DNA of 64,000 bases, taken from assembly GCA_005787575.1 (NCBI GenBank), contig SYAN01000097.1:1497-65496 (forward strand). The letters run 5' to 3'. The notes below the pieces were generated by a model. That model was not told the origin of the DNA, ran no database searches, and worked only from the letters and a program-made list of their open reading frames with translations. The translations under genes were made by a program, and so were the position numbers. Positions 55,692 to 64,000 of the stretch are shown here, in pieces; position 1 is the stretch's first letter; every line of letters starts with the position of its first letter. Source of the DNA: Actinomycetota bacterium (GTDB lineage: Bacteria; Actinomycetota; Actinomycetes; Nanopelagicales; Nanopelagicaceae).

Positions 55692-57643
55692 CACCACTTT
55701 CGAGCGGCATCATCAAGGAGAACTTCAAGCACGAGGTTCGCCCACAAGATGACTTTTACCGTCACGTCAATGGTTCATGGCTAGAGACTGCCCAGATCCC
55801 ATCTGACCGAGCTGTCGATGGCTCCTTCTATGCCCTCCGTGACCGGTCGGAAGAACAAGTGCGAGCAATCATCGAGAGCGCAGAGGGCGCTAAAGGCAGC
55901 GATGGTCAGAAGATCGGGGATCTCTATCGGACCTTTATGGACGAGGAATCGATTGAATCTGCCGGAATCTCCCCAATCAAGAACGACCTCGAATCAGCTC
56001 TAGCAGTCTCAGACCTTGCAACTTTCACGGCCCAGCTCGGCACCTTGGAATCACGCGGGCGCGCTTCCCTCTTCGGTGGCTACATCACAAGTGATTATTC
56101 AGATCCCACCATCAACATCGCTTATCTCTACCAGGGCGGCCTCAGCCTTCCTGATGAGTCCTACTACCGCGAAAGTGCTCACAGCGAGATCAGAGCTGGC
56201 CTTCTCTCCCATATCACTCGAATCTTCGAGCTAGCTGGAGTCGATGATGTGTCCAGGCGAGCAGACGCCATCTTGGCACTTGAAACCGAAATCGCCTCTC
56301 ATCACTGGGATAACGTCAAGAGCCGCGATGCCGTGGCGACTTATAACAAAATGACCTTCGCCGAGATTGAGGCGCTATCACCGAACTTTGATTGGCGAAC
56401 CTGGAGTGAGCGCTCACGAACTCCCGAGAAGGTTCTCCGTCAGGCAGTAATCAGCCAGCCCTCATTCTTCACCGGTATTGGCAAAGTTCTCGGGGCTTTC
56501 GACTCATTCAAATGGAGCTCTTGGCTCGCCTTCAAAGTGATCTCCGGAAGCGCCCCCTACCTCAGCTCGAAATTCGTCAATGAGAATTTCGCCTTCTATG
56601 GAACAAAACTCTCCGGCATCCCAATTCTCAAAGACCGCTGGAAGCGAGGCGTGGCGTTGGTTGAAGGATCCCTTGGCGAGGCTGTTGGACGAATCTACGT
56701 CGAGCGCCACTTCCCGCCGGCTGCAAAGAGCAGAATGCAATCCCTCGTCCAAAATCTTATCGAGGCTTACCGAGAGAGCATCACTGGCTTAGAGTGGATG
56801 GGCGATGAGACGAAGAAGAAAGCCCTCGAAAAACTTGAGAAGTTCACGCCAAAGATCGGCTACCCAGATAAGTGGCGCGACTATTCGACCCTAGACATCA
56901 CTCCAGGGGATTTGATGGGCAACTTGGCTCGCGTTCACGCATTCGAAAGCGCATTCCACTACGCCAAGATCGATGCGCCAGTGGATCGAAGTGAATGGTT
57001 TATGACGCCACAGACTGTTAATGCCTATTACAACCCCGGAATGAATGAGATCGTCTTCCCTGCCGCCATCTTGCAACCACCATTCTTTGACCTTGAGGCC
57101 GATGATGCCGTCAACTACGGCGCTATCGGCGCAGTGATCGGCCACGAGATCGGACATGGTTTCGACGACCAAGGATCTCGTTATGACGGAGATGGTCGAC
57201 TATCAAACTGGTGGAGCGATAGCGACCGAAGCGAATTTGAAAAGCGGACCAAATCGTTGATAGAGCAATACGACGCCCTATCCCCAGAAGAGACTCCAGA
57301 TGCGAAAGTAAATGGTTCGCTCACGATTGGCGAGAACATTGGCGATCTAGGTGGAGCGACGATTGCTTATAAGGCATATATGCGATCGCTGGCGGGTAAA
57401 GACGCTCCCATAATCGAAGGTCTCAATGGGATTATGAGGTTCTTCATCGGATATGCCCAAGTATGGCGATCGAAGATCCGGCCGGAGGCGATGCGCGTTC
57501 GCCTTGCAACCGATCCTCATTCACCGGCAGAATTTCGATGTAATCAAATCGTGAAGAACTTGGATCAGTTCGCAGAAGCCTTCGATGTGAAACCTGGCGA
57601 TCAGCTTTACCTAGATCCTAAGGAACGCGTTCGAATCTGGTGA
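55688..57643 (+). CDS. M13-family zinc metallopeptidase (PepO/neprilysin-like)
   Basis: Carries HEIGHGFD, NAYY and GENIGDLGG motifs. ATG 55688 overlaps the CPBP stop (ATGA). Confidence 0.9.
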   Translation: MTPLSSGIIKENFKHEVRPQDDFYRHVNGSWLETAQIPSDRAVDGSFYALRDRSEEQVRAIIESAEGAKGSDGQKIGDLYRTFMDEESIESAGISPIKNDLESALAVSDLATFTAQLGTLESRGRASLFGGYITSDYSDPTINIAYLYQGGLSLPDESYYRESAHSEIRAGLLSHITRIFELAGVDDVSRRADAILALETEIASHHWDNVKSRDAVATYNKMTFAEIEALSPNFDWRTWSERSRTPEKVLRQAVISQPSFFTGIGKVLGAFDSFKWSSWLAFKVISGSAPYLSSKFVNENFAFYGTKLSGIPILKDRWKRGVALVEGSLGEAVGRIYVERHFPPAAKSRMQSLVQNLIEAYRESITGLEWMGDETKKKALEKLEKFTPKIGYPDKWRDYSTLDITPGDLMGNLARVHAFESAFHYAKIDAPVDRSEWFMTPQTVNAYYNPGMNEIVFPAAILQPPFFDLEADDAVNYGAIGAVIGHEIGHGFDDQGSRYDGDGRLSNWWSDSDRSEFEKRTKSLIEQYDALSPEETPDAKVNGSLTIGENIGDLGGATIAYKAYMRSLAGKDAPIIEGLNGIMRFFIGYAQVWRSKIRPEAMRVRLATDPHSPAEFRCNQIVKNLDQFAEAFDVKPGDQLYLDPKERVRIW

Positions 57644-57650
57644 TTGAGGG

Positions 57651-59300
57651 CTAGTTGCCTTTTGCGGCTAAGCGCGCCTCGCGGCGGATCTTTTGTTCGA
57701 TTGGATCCGGGACAGGGACAGCTGCAATTAATTTGCGGGTGTAAGGATCCTTGGCATCTTTCAGGATTTTATCCCTGTCACCCTCTTCGACAAGACGCCC
57801 ATCCTGCATCACCGCGATTCGATGCGAAAGGATGTCCACGACGGCGAGATCATGGCTGATGAAAAGACATGCGAACTTCAACTTATCCTGAAGTTCAAGA
57901 AGTAGATCGAGGAACCTCGCCTGTACCGAGACATCTAGGGCCGAAGTCGGCTCATCGGCAATCAGTAGATCCGGGGTGAGCGCAAGAGCCCTGGCAATTC
58001 CAACCCTTTGACGTTGACCGCCGGAAAGCTCATGTGGGAATCGATTCCGATACGAGCGAGGAAGTTCAACCTGTTCCAGGAGATCTTCGACTTTGCGATT
58101 GAGTTCCTCACCCTTGGCCAGTTTCGCGAGGAAGATCGGCTCTCCGATGCTCTCACCAATAGGCAGTCTTGGGTTAAGCGATGATGCTGGATCTTGAAAG
58201 ACGATTCCGGTATGACGTCGGATAGTGAAGAGCTCTTTCTGCGTTGCATGTGAAATATCAGTTCCAACTATCTCTAATCGCCCTGCCTTGATAGGTAAAA
58301 GTCCAATGGCAGCACGGCCCACAGTGGTCTTTCCAGATCCTGATTCACCAACAAGTCCAACGATCTCACCCGGAAAGATCTGCAAGGAGAAATCCTTGAC
58401 CGCAGTGAAGGCTGGCACGCGTCCACGTTTGGGGTATTCGACCGTGACATCTTCCATCTTCAAGACTGGTTTGGCGTTAGCACTTTCAGCGGGGAGCACT
58501 CGCTTGGCGCTGCTGCCGAGCTTGGGTACTGCTCCAAGCAGCTCTTTTGTGTAGGGGTGCTGAGGGCTATGAAAGATCTGTTCCGCACTGCCATGCTCGA
58601 CAGTATTTCCATCTTTCATAACCAAGATCTCATCTGCCATATCTGCAACAACACCCATATCGTGGGTGATCAAAAGGATGGCTGAATTCAGCTTAGTTCG
58701 AAGGCCTCGCATCAGATCCAAGATTTCAGCCTGGATCGTGACATCAAGTGCGGTAGTCGGTTCATCTGCAACTAGCAATCCGGGATCACAAGCCAGCGAT
58801 TGAGCAATCATCGCTCGCTGACGTTGTCCGCCAGAAAGTTGATGTGGATATTTATCGAAAGCGCGTTCAGGATCTGGGATCTCAACGAGAGTGATCAACT
58901 GGATTGCACGATCTCTCGCGACCTTTGGCCCCATATCAAAGTGATTGCGAAGGGTCTCAACTATTTGAAAACCAATGGTGTAGACCGGATTGAGCGCGGT
59001 CATCGGCTCTTGGAAGATATAGGCCACTTCCCTGCCGCGGAATTTTCGAAGTGTGCTCGCCCTCGCGCCGATCATCTCCTCACCCTTGACGACGACACTC
59101 CCGCTACGACGAGCGTTGGTAGCGAGGAGGTCCATCAAACCAAGAGCCGTGGTGGACTTACCGGAGCCAGATTCACCAACGATCGCAAGGACTTTGCCTG
59201 GGTGAAGATCAAAGTTCATCTTTATCGCAGCTGGATACCAAAAACCATCAACCCAGAAATCAACTGAGAAATCTCTCACCTTCAAAATGGGCTCGCTCAT
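57651..59300 (-). CDS. Fused double ATP-binding protein of an oligopeptide/dipeptide-type ABC transporter (DppD-DppF fusion)
   Basis: 549 aa with two Walker A sites (GESGSGKSTT, GESGSGKTTV) and two LSGGQRQR signatures. Confidence 0.92.
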   Translation of the reverse strand: MSEPILKVRDFSVDFWVDGFWYPAAIKMNFDLHPGKVLAIVGESGSGKSTTALGLMDLLATNARRSGSVVVKGEEMIGARASTLRKFRGREVAYIFQEPMTALNPVYTIGFQIVETLRNHFDMGPKVARDRAIQLITLVEIPDPERAFDKYPHQLSGGQRQRAMIAQSLACDPGLLVADEPTTALDVTIQAEILDLMRGLRTKLNSAILLITHDMGVVADMADEILVMKDGNTVEHGSAEQIFHSPQHPYTKELLGAVPKLGSSAKRVLPAESANAKPVLKMEDVTVEYPKRGRVPAFTAVKDFSLQIFPGEIVGLVGESGSGKTTVGRAAIGLLPIKAGRLEIVGTDISHATQKELFTIRRHTGIVFQDPASSLNPRLPIGESIGEPIFLAKLAKGEELNRKVEDLLEQVELPRSYRNRFPHELSGGQRQRVGIARALALTPDLLIADEPTSALDVSVQARFLDLLLELQDKLKFACLFISHDLAVVDILSHRIAVMQDGRLVEEGDRDKILKDAKDPYTRKLIAAVPVPDPIEQKIRREARLAAKGN

Positions 59301-59935
59301 GCCGCCACTTCCCGTGAGGTTATCCTTGCGATATGTCCGATAGCCATCAGATTAGACCCAAGAGCAATCTCGTCTTTGCTGGTGCCAACTATCTCCTTCT
59401 TAGCGGACTTGCCGTCGCGGAGGTCTATCAAGGATTCACAGCGGGCGCTGTCACTCTCTTGACCTGGCTTGCACTTCTCGGTTACTGCAACCATCTCGTC
59501 TTGGTTATGCCCAAGATCAAGACCACCGCTGATCAACTCACCATCATTAACCCGTTTAGAACCCACCGACTTAATTGGGCTGATATCAAGGAGATCGATG
59601 CGAGGTACACCATGTATGTCTATGCTCTCGGTGAGCGAATCCACGCATGGGCCGCTCCCGTTCCAGGCAGGTACCACTCCAGAAGCGTCCTTCCAAACGA
59701 CCTGCGCGGAAGCACACTGAGAGGTGAAAACTCCATCAAAGCTGGAGAGTTGCCGAACAGTCACTCCGGAGTTGCACTCATAATTTGTCGCCGAGTTTGG
59801 GAAGCTAATCGAGATGCTCGAAGTGGCAACGAACTCTCCACCAACTTCTGGCATTTCCGAGAAATAACCATCACAGCAATTCTTGGGGCTATAACAGCCC
59901 TCGCTACTTTCCTTTAGAAGATTATTCATAGTCAC
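59297..59935 (-). other. Alternative 212-codon ORF, codon-aligned antisense to the PH-domain ORF and start/stop-coupled to both flanking ABC genes
   Basis: Its GTG start overlaps the permease stop (GTGA) and its stop overlaps the ATPase start (ATGA). The product is Ser/Gly/Asp-rich with no domain I recognise. It may be a shadow ORF. Confidence 0.3.
59333..59917 (+). CDS. Membrane protein with a bacterial PH (bPH_6, CFP-6-like) domain, encoded opposite to the surrounding ABC operon
   Basis: Two N-terminal TM segments are followed by ADQLTIINPFRTHRLNWADIKEIDARY..GERIHAWAAPVPGR, which resembles actinobacterial PH-domain proteins, and then a C-terminal TM. Codon choice (CTC/ATC/ACC/GTC) matches the neighbouring genes. 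TATCCT lies 6 nt before the ATG (leaderless-type context). Confidence 0.55.
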   Translation: MSDSHQIRPKSNLVFAGANYLLLSGLAVAEVYQGFTAGAVTLLTWLALLGYCNHLVLVMPKIKTTADQLTIINPFRTHRLNWADIKEIDARYTMYVYALGERIHAWAAPVPGRYHSRSVLPNDLRGSTLRGENSIKAGELPNSHSGVALIICRRVWEANRDARSGNELSTNFWHFREITITAILGAITALATFL

Positions 59936-60993
59936 TTGCTCTCACCGCTAGCAAGGCTCGCCTTGTCCTTTCGAGACATTCCTCTTCGCTGGCGTGGATC
60001 AAAGGCATCACGAAGACCATCTCCGATAAAGTTCACGCAGAGCGCCACAGCGATGATGAAGAGTCCGGGCCACCAGAAGAGCCAGGGCCTGACCGTAAAG
60101 GCATCTTGATAATTACTGATGAGAAGCCCCAGTGAGACATCTGGTGGCACAACACCAAATCCAAGATAACTCAGTCCAGTCTCAAGCAAGATTGCACCGG
60201 ACATCAGAAGTGTCGCTGAAACGATAATAACTCCCACAGCATTTGGGAGGATGTGCTTGAAGATGATTCGCCTGGTGCTCGCTCCTGCGACACGTGCTGC
60301 ATCGACAAATTCAAGTTCACGGAGCTTAAGGAACTCACCTCTCACCAATCGCGAAATGCCAGTCCAGGCAAATATCCCCAGGAAGAATGCCAGGAAGACC
60401 GCACCCAAATTTCCAAAGTGGTAACCGATCACCGACCCGAGGACGATGGTGGGAACGGTGATGATGAAATCCGTGAATCGCATTAATACCGCGTCGACCC
60501 AACCTCTAAAGAATCCAGCTATTGCCCCGATCACTGTGCCGAGGGCTGCACCAAGAGTTCCAATAATCACCATCACTAAGAGTGATCTCTGAGCCCCACG
60601 CATAACCATCGCAAAGTAATCACGGCCGATATCGTCTTGACCAAAAGGATGCTCGCCAATCTGCATCGGCGTGCCATCAATAAAGGAAGGGAAAACGTCC
60701 AAGCTCGGACAACCTACGACTCCGCCTTCACATTCTGCGATACGAAGATCTGAAATCTGCTCATAATCGTATTTCCACCAACCGGGGTATTTCACCGGAC
60801 CCAACGCAATCGATTGCGCTGAGAATACAAAGAAAACAATTCCCAGAAGGACAAAGAGTGAGGTCATCGCAGCCTTGTGCTGGAAGAAGCGCTTCCTAAC
60901 AATCTGGGCCTGGCTTAACCCCTCCGTCTCCTTGGAGAAGATATCTGACTGCATATCCGCGCCCGAGGAAGATTGCTTTGACTCTTCGCTCAT
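59932..60993 (-). CDS. Oligopeptide/dipeptide ABC transporter permease (DppC type)
   Basis: 353 aa with a BPD_transp_1 pattern. Its start overlaps the upstream permease stop. Confidence 0.9.
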   Translation of the reverse strand: MSEESKQSSSGADMQSDIFSKETEGLSQAQIVRKRFFQHKAAMTSLFVLLGIVFFVFSAQSIALGPVKYPGWWKYDYEQISDLRIAECEGGVVGCPSLDVFPSFIDGTPMQIGEHPFGQDDIGRDYFAMVMRGAQRSLLVMVIIGTLGAALGTVIGAIAGFFRGWVDAVLMRFTDFIITVPTIVLGSVIGYHFGNLGAVFLAFFLGIFAWTGISRLVRGEFLKLRELEFVDAARVAGASTRRIIFKHILPNAVGVIIVSATLLMSGAILLETGLSYLGFGVVPPDVSLGLLISNYQDAFTVRPWLFWWPGLFIIAVALCVNFIGDGLRDAFDPRQRRGMSRKDKASLASGESK

Positions 60994-62537
60994 GATTTTC
61001 CACTCCCTACGCGAACTCTCGGATCAAGGGCCGAATACAGAAGATCTGCGACAAGGTTTGCGACCAGTGCGAGCGTCGCTGTAACAAAGAAAATGCCCAT
61101 CAAGAGATTGAGATCAAAAGTTCCAATGGCCTGTCGGAACAAAGTACCCATTCCTCGCCACGCGAATACGTTTTCGGTGATGAGCGCCCCACCAACGACC
61201 GATGCGAAATCGACTACGAGAAGGGTGACAATTGGAATCATCGTATTTCGGAAAGCATGGCGCATAATCACAGTGCGCTCATTGAGTCCTTTTGCACGCG
61301 CGGTGCGTATGTAATCCTGGTTGAGTACATCAAGGAGGGTTCCTCTGGTGTAACGAACATAACCAGCGAAACCAATGAGCGTGAGCGCTACCGTCGGCAG
61401 GAACATATGAAGAAGAGTGTCGAGCAAGGCCACCCAGAAATCAGTGGTCTCGATAAGAGGGTTTCGCTCACCGATTGTCGGCACCGGTCGATATTGAACT
61501 TCACCGCTTGAGACATACGGTCCCCAGGTTTGCATCAGTTTATCGACGATCATGATGATTCCGATGATGAAGGCTGTGATTGAGGCGGTGCGGTAAACCG
61601 GACCTCGATCGATTCGAGCAAAGATAAATGTGGCTATCCCAGCAACGACAAATGCAACAACTAGACCGCCGAGAAGCACCGGTAGCTGGCTCTCTCGCTT
61701 AAAGAGGGCTTGCATCGGAAAGTAAGAGATCGATCCAACAACTGCCACAGAAAGTGATGCAAAGAGAGAGGGTTTATGACCCACACCCATAGATATTTGA
61801 GTAACTCCAAATGCAATCAACAAGGACATAATGGCGAAGAAGATGGGGCCGATACCCGGCTCAAGAATCCAGCCTCGGGCATCGATAACCGCTAGCAAGA
61901 GTGCGGTAAAGGCTCCCGCCGAAAAGAATCCAATCCAAAAAGTCCTACGACTTCTCCCGAGAATGGCGCCGAAAAAGAGCGCTATGAAGCCAGAAATCCC
62001 CATGATCCATCCGGTGGGGATGTTTGGCTCTGAGAGGAAGTTATTGAATTGAATCGCCATGAATTCTTTGAGAAGTACGGCTACCCAGAAGATTGGCAAC
62101 GAGAACATTAAGAATGCTACGAAAGTCATCGAATAGTCGAACCGACTGTACTGACGAAGCGCAGTGACAACGCCGATAGTGATTCCAAGGAGAATCGCGA
62201 TTATCGTTGCACCGAAGACCAGTCGAATCGTGACCGGAATGGCATCGAGCAGGATCTCACCTACCGGTTCACCCGTTCGAACTTTGCCAAAGTCAGGTTG
62301 ACCGATAAAGATCCCAAGGACGCCTCGGAGCCAAATGAAATACCGAAGTGGCGCAGGAACATCCAGTCGCAACTGTTCGATAGTTGCCTTTATCTGTGAC
62401 TCAACCTCTGGGTCTCTACTCGTTTTGAAATCAGCTAGAGGATCACCAGAGAGTGCCTGCAAGTTATAGAGAAGATAACTTGAACCGAAGAGGATTACGA
62501 GGAGGACTCCGATACGCCTCGCTATGAATCCGAACAA
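60990..62537 (-). CDS. Oligopeptide/dipeptide ABC transporter permease (DppB type) with a large extra hydrophobic insertion
   Basis: 515 aa with the conserved C-terminal DYIRTARAKGL...ALDPRVR module. About 180 additional residues in the middle form several extra TM-like segments. Confidence 0.85.
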   Translation of the reverse strand: MFGFIARRIGVLLVILFGSSYLLYNLQALSGDPLADFKTSRDPEVESQIKATIEQLRLDVPAPLRYFIWLRGVLGIFIGQPDFGKVRTGEPVGEILLDAIPVTIRLVFGATIIAILLGITIGVVTALRQYSRFDYSMTFVAFLMFSLPIFWVAVLLKEFMAIQFNNFLSEPNIPTGWIMGISGFIALFFGAILGRSRRTFWIGFFSAGAFTALLLAVIDARGWILEPGIGPIFFAIMSLLIAFGVTQISMGVGHKPSLFASLSVAVVGSISYFPMQALFKRESQLPVLLGGLVVAFVVAGIATFIFARIDRGPVYRTASITAFIIGIIMIVDKLMQTWGPYVSSGEVQYRPVPTIGERNPLIETTDFWVALLDTLLHMFLPTVALTLIGFAGYVRYTRGTLLDVLNQDYIRTARAKGLNERTVIMRHAFRNTMIPIVTLLVVDFASVVGGALITENVFAWRGMGTLFRQAIGTFDLNLLMGIFFVTATLALVANLVADLLYSALDPRVRVGSGKS

Positions 62538-62622
62538 TTCGAACTCCTCTAATTCTCAATTTTCTATTTCAAGAAAACCTTCGGGTCAATGTGCAACTTT
62601 AGCGCAACACCATCTAAAAGAA

Positions 62623-62653
62623 GGGCCGGTCACGACATCGCCGTGACCGGCCC
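62623..62653 (-). terminator. Intra-operon stem-loop between the binding-protein and permease genes
   Basis: GGGCCGGTCACG-7 nt-CGTGACCGGCCC is a perfect 12-bp stem. On the minus strand it is followed by TTCTTTT. Confidence 0.7.
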
Positions 62654-62689
62654 CCTCCATATCAAGGCTACTTCAGCCTCGACTAGTTA

Positions 62690-64000
62690 TTACTTGGTGA
62701 ACTTCCACTCCCAGAAGTTCCAGGTGATTTGTGGGTAGAAGCCAAGACGGATACCGTCGAGGTCTTCATTGACACCAACCACGTTTGCATGTCGAGCTAC
62801 GGATAGACCATAGGCATCATCATGCATCTTCTTCTCGATTGCAGTGAGGTTCTTGATAACGAGAGAGTTTTCCTGTGGCTCTTCGACCAATGGATCACAA
62901 AGTGGCTTGATCACAGAGTCGCCGTTGTAGCCGGTGAGGTTCTCCTCGTAGGTGTAACCATTGCAACCAATCGATTGCTGGATGGAGGTCTTAACCCAAG
63001 CGAACATCTGGCCGTCGTAATCTGAAGAGACGATCGGCTCGGCGTTCCAGTTCGCATTTCCTGGAGCGATGAGGTTGATACCTGCCTTAGCAAGTGCTGC
63101 CTTAGCAAGTGCAATCGTCGCTACACGACGTGCGTTTGTTGGGGTACCCCAGTTGAACTTCACATCGAAGCCTGCAGTTGTCGCGCTTGCACTTGGATAA
63201 TGCTTCTTAACCAAGGCGAGTGCCTTTGCAGTGCGCTCTGCTTGAGTTCCATCGGTGTAGTAATCCGATCCATTGTTAGCAACAACTTGCTTGTAAGCAG
63301 GTTGCTCAGGGAAGTAGAAGATCGAATTCATGACCTTCGTAGATGGGTTGATTGGCTGGTAGATCTTCTCGACGATTTCATCGCGAGGCCAAGCAAGGAG
63401 GAATGCACGACGGAGGTCGAGCGCCCTTGCCTTCTCAGCTGCTGTTCCCTTATCGGCAAAGACACCCTTGTAAGTGTCTTTCTCACCGAATGTGGTGTCG
63501 AATCGAAGGTCTACGTGCTCCCAAGCATTGGCGTTTCCACCGATGGTTCGGATGCCAGGCATCGCACGAAGTTGGCTAGCAAGGTCTGCAGTCGCCTGAC
63601 CCGAATAGACATCGATTTCCTTGTTCTTCAACGCTTGAAGCGCTGCAGTGGGGTTATCGATCGAGCGGATGATGACGGTCTGGACGTTTCCAGTGAACTT
63701 CGGACCCGAGTTGTAACGAGTGTTACGGACCAAAGTCACGCTGTTATTCTTGACGATTTTGCTGACGATAAAGCCACCATTTGAGATATAGGCCAGGTTA
63801 TTGGTCTTCTCATTAGTTTCGCTCATGTCGTAGCAGTTGTTCCAGCATGCTGCCAACTTCTTAAGGTAAGCAGTGTCCTTATTCAGGTATGCGTTATAGA
63901 ACTTCGTCTTAGCGTTTCGATTTACTGAGGCATTGGTGGTAACACCCTTCTTGCCATCAGTCATCAAAACCAATCCATGGACTGCAGAAGGACCTGGTAG
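62690..64000 (-). CDS. Family-5 (peptide) ABC substrate-binding protein; the 5' end is outside the window
   Basis: SBP_bac_5-like sequence. The frame stays open upstream of the ORF-track Met (63973) to the window edge, and no signal peptide has appeared yet, so the gene is partial. Confidence 0.85.
   Translation of the reverse strand, partial: LPGPSAVHGLVLMTDGKKGVTTNASVNRNAKTKFYNAYLNKDTAYLKKLAACWNNCYDMSETNEKTNNLAYISNGGFIVSKIVKNNSVTLVRNTRYNSGPKFTGNVQTVIIRSIDNPTAALQALKNKEIDVYSGQATADLASQLRAMPGIRTIGGNANAWEHVDLRFDTTFGEKDTYKGVFADKGTAAEKARALDLRRAFLLAWPRDEIVEKIYQPINPSTKVMNSIFYFPEQPAYKQVVANNGSDYYTDGTQAERTAKALALVKKHYPSASATTAGFDVKFNWGTPTNARRVATIALAKAALAKAGINLIAPGNANWNAEPIVSSDYDGQMFAWVKTSIQQSIGCNGYTYEENLTGYNGDSVIKPLCDPLVEEPQENSLVIKNLTAIEKKMHDDAYGLSVARHANVVGVNEDLDGIRLGFYPQITWNFWEWKFTK

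Overview
This is a gene-dense 64-kb chromosomal window with about 60 protein genes. I found no rRNA, tRNA, CRISPR array, transposase, integrase or recognisable defence genes. It reads as a mid-GC actinobacterium (Actinomycetota). The supporting signatures are miaB-recX-recA with a mycobacterial-type LexA box, recO-uppS, a long-form leuA preceded by a Leu-codon leader ORF, glnA2, an Rv2466c-like DsbA protein, a DinB/mycothiol-type protein and nadE/panB. Housekeeping blocks (1-9.4 kb and 49.2-57.6 kb) flank a ~40-kb catabolic and transport region (9.4-49.2 kb) assembled from duplicated parts. That region contains two to three HcnABC/opine-oxidase-like dehydrogenase sets, two DapA-family enzymes, two OYE flavoenzymes, paralogous SDRs and two NTF2-like proteins. 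It also contains an aminotransferase/aldehyde-dehydrogenase pair, an AcoX-like kinase next to a split glycine-decarboxylase-like pair, a hydroxyacid-dehydrogenase/CoA-transferase trio, a polar-amino-acid ABC importer, and a dipeptide ABC importer co-directional with three putative peptidases. A second oligopeptide-type ABC operon occupies 57.6-64 kb. The items most worth a second look are these. (1) A PH-domain-like membrane-protein ORF lies on the opposite strand between the permease and ATPase genes of that operon, and its codon-aligned antisense ORF is start/stop-coupled to both neighbours. (2) The AcoX-like + GcvPA/PB-like block has no T or H proteins nearby. (3) A standalone 68-aa Lys/Arg/Ala tandem-repeat protein gene has its own RBS and a strong terminator. 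(4) The duplicated secondary-amine dehydrogenase + DapA modules are wired to amino-acid and dipeptide importers. (5) A leader ORF with four Leu codons sits upstream of leuA. All functional calls come from reading the translations against remembered family motifs. No database search was run.
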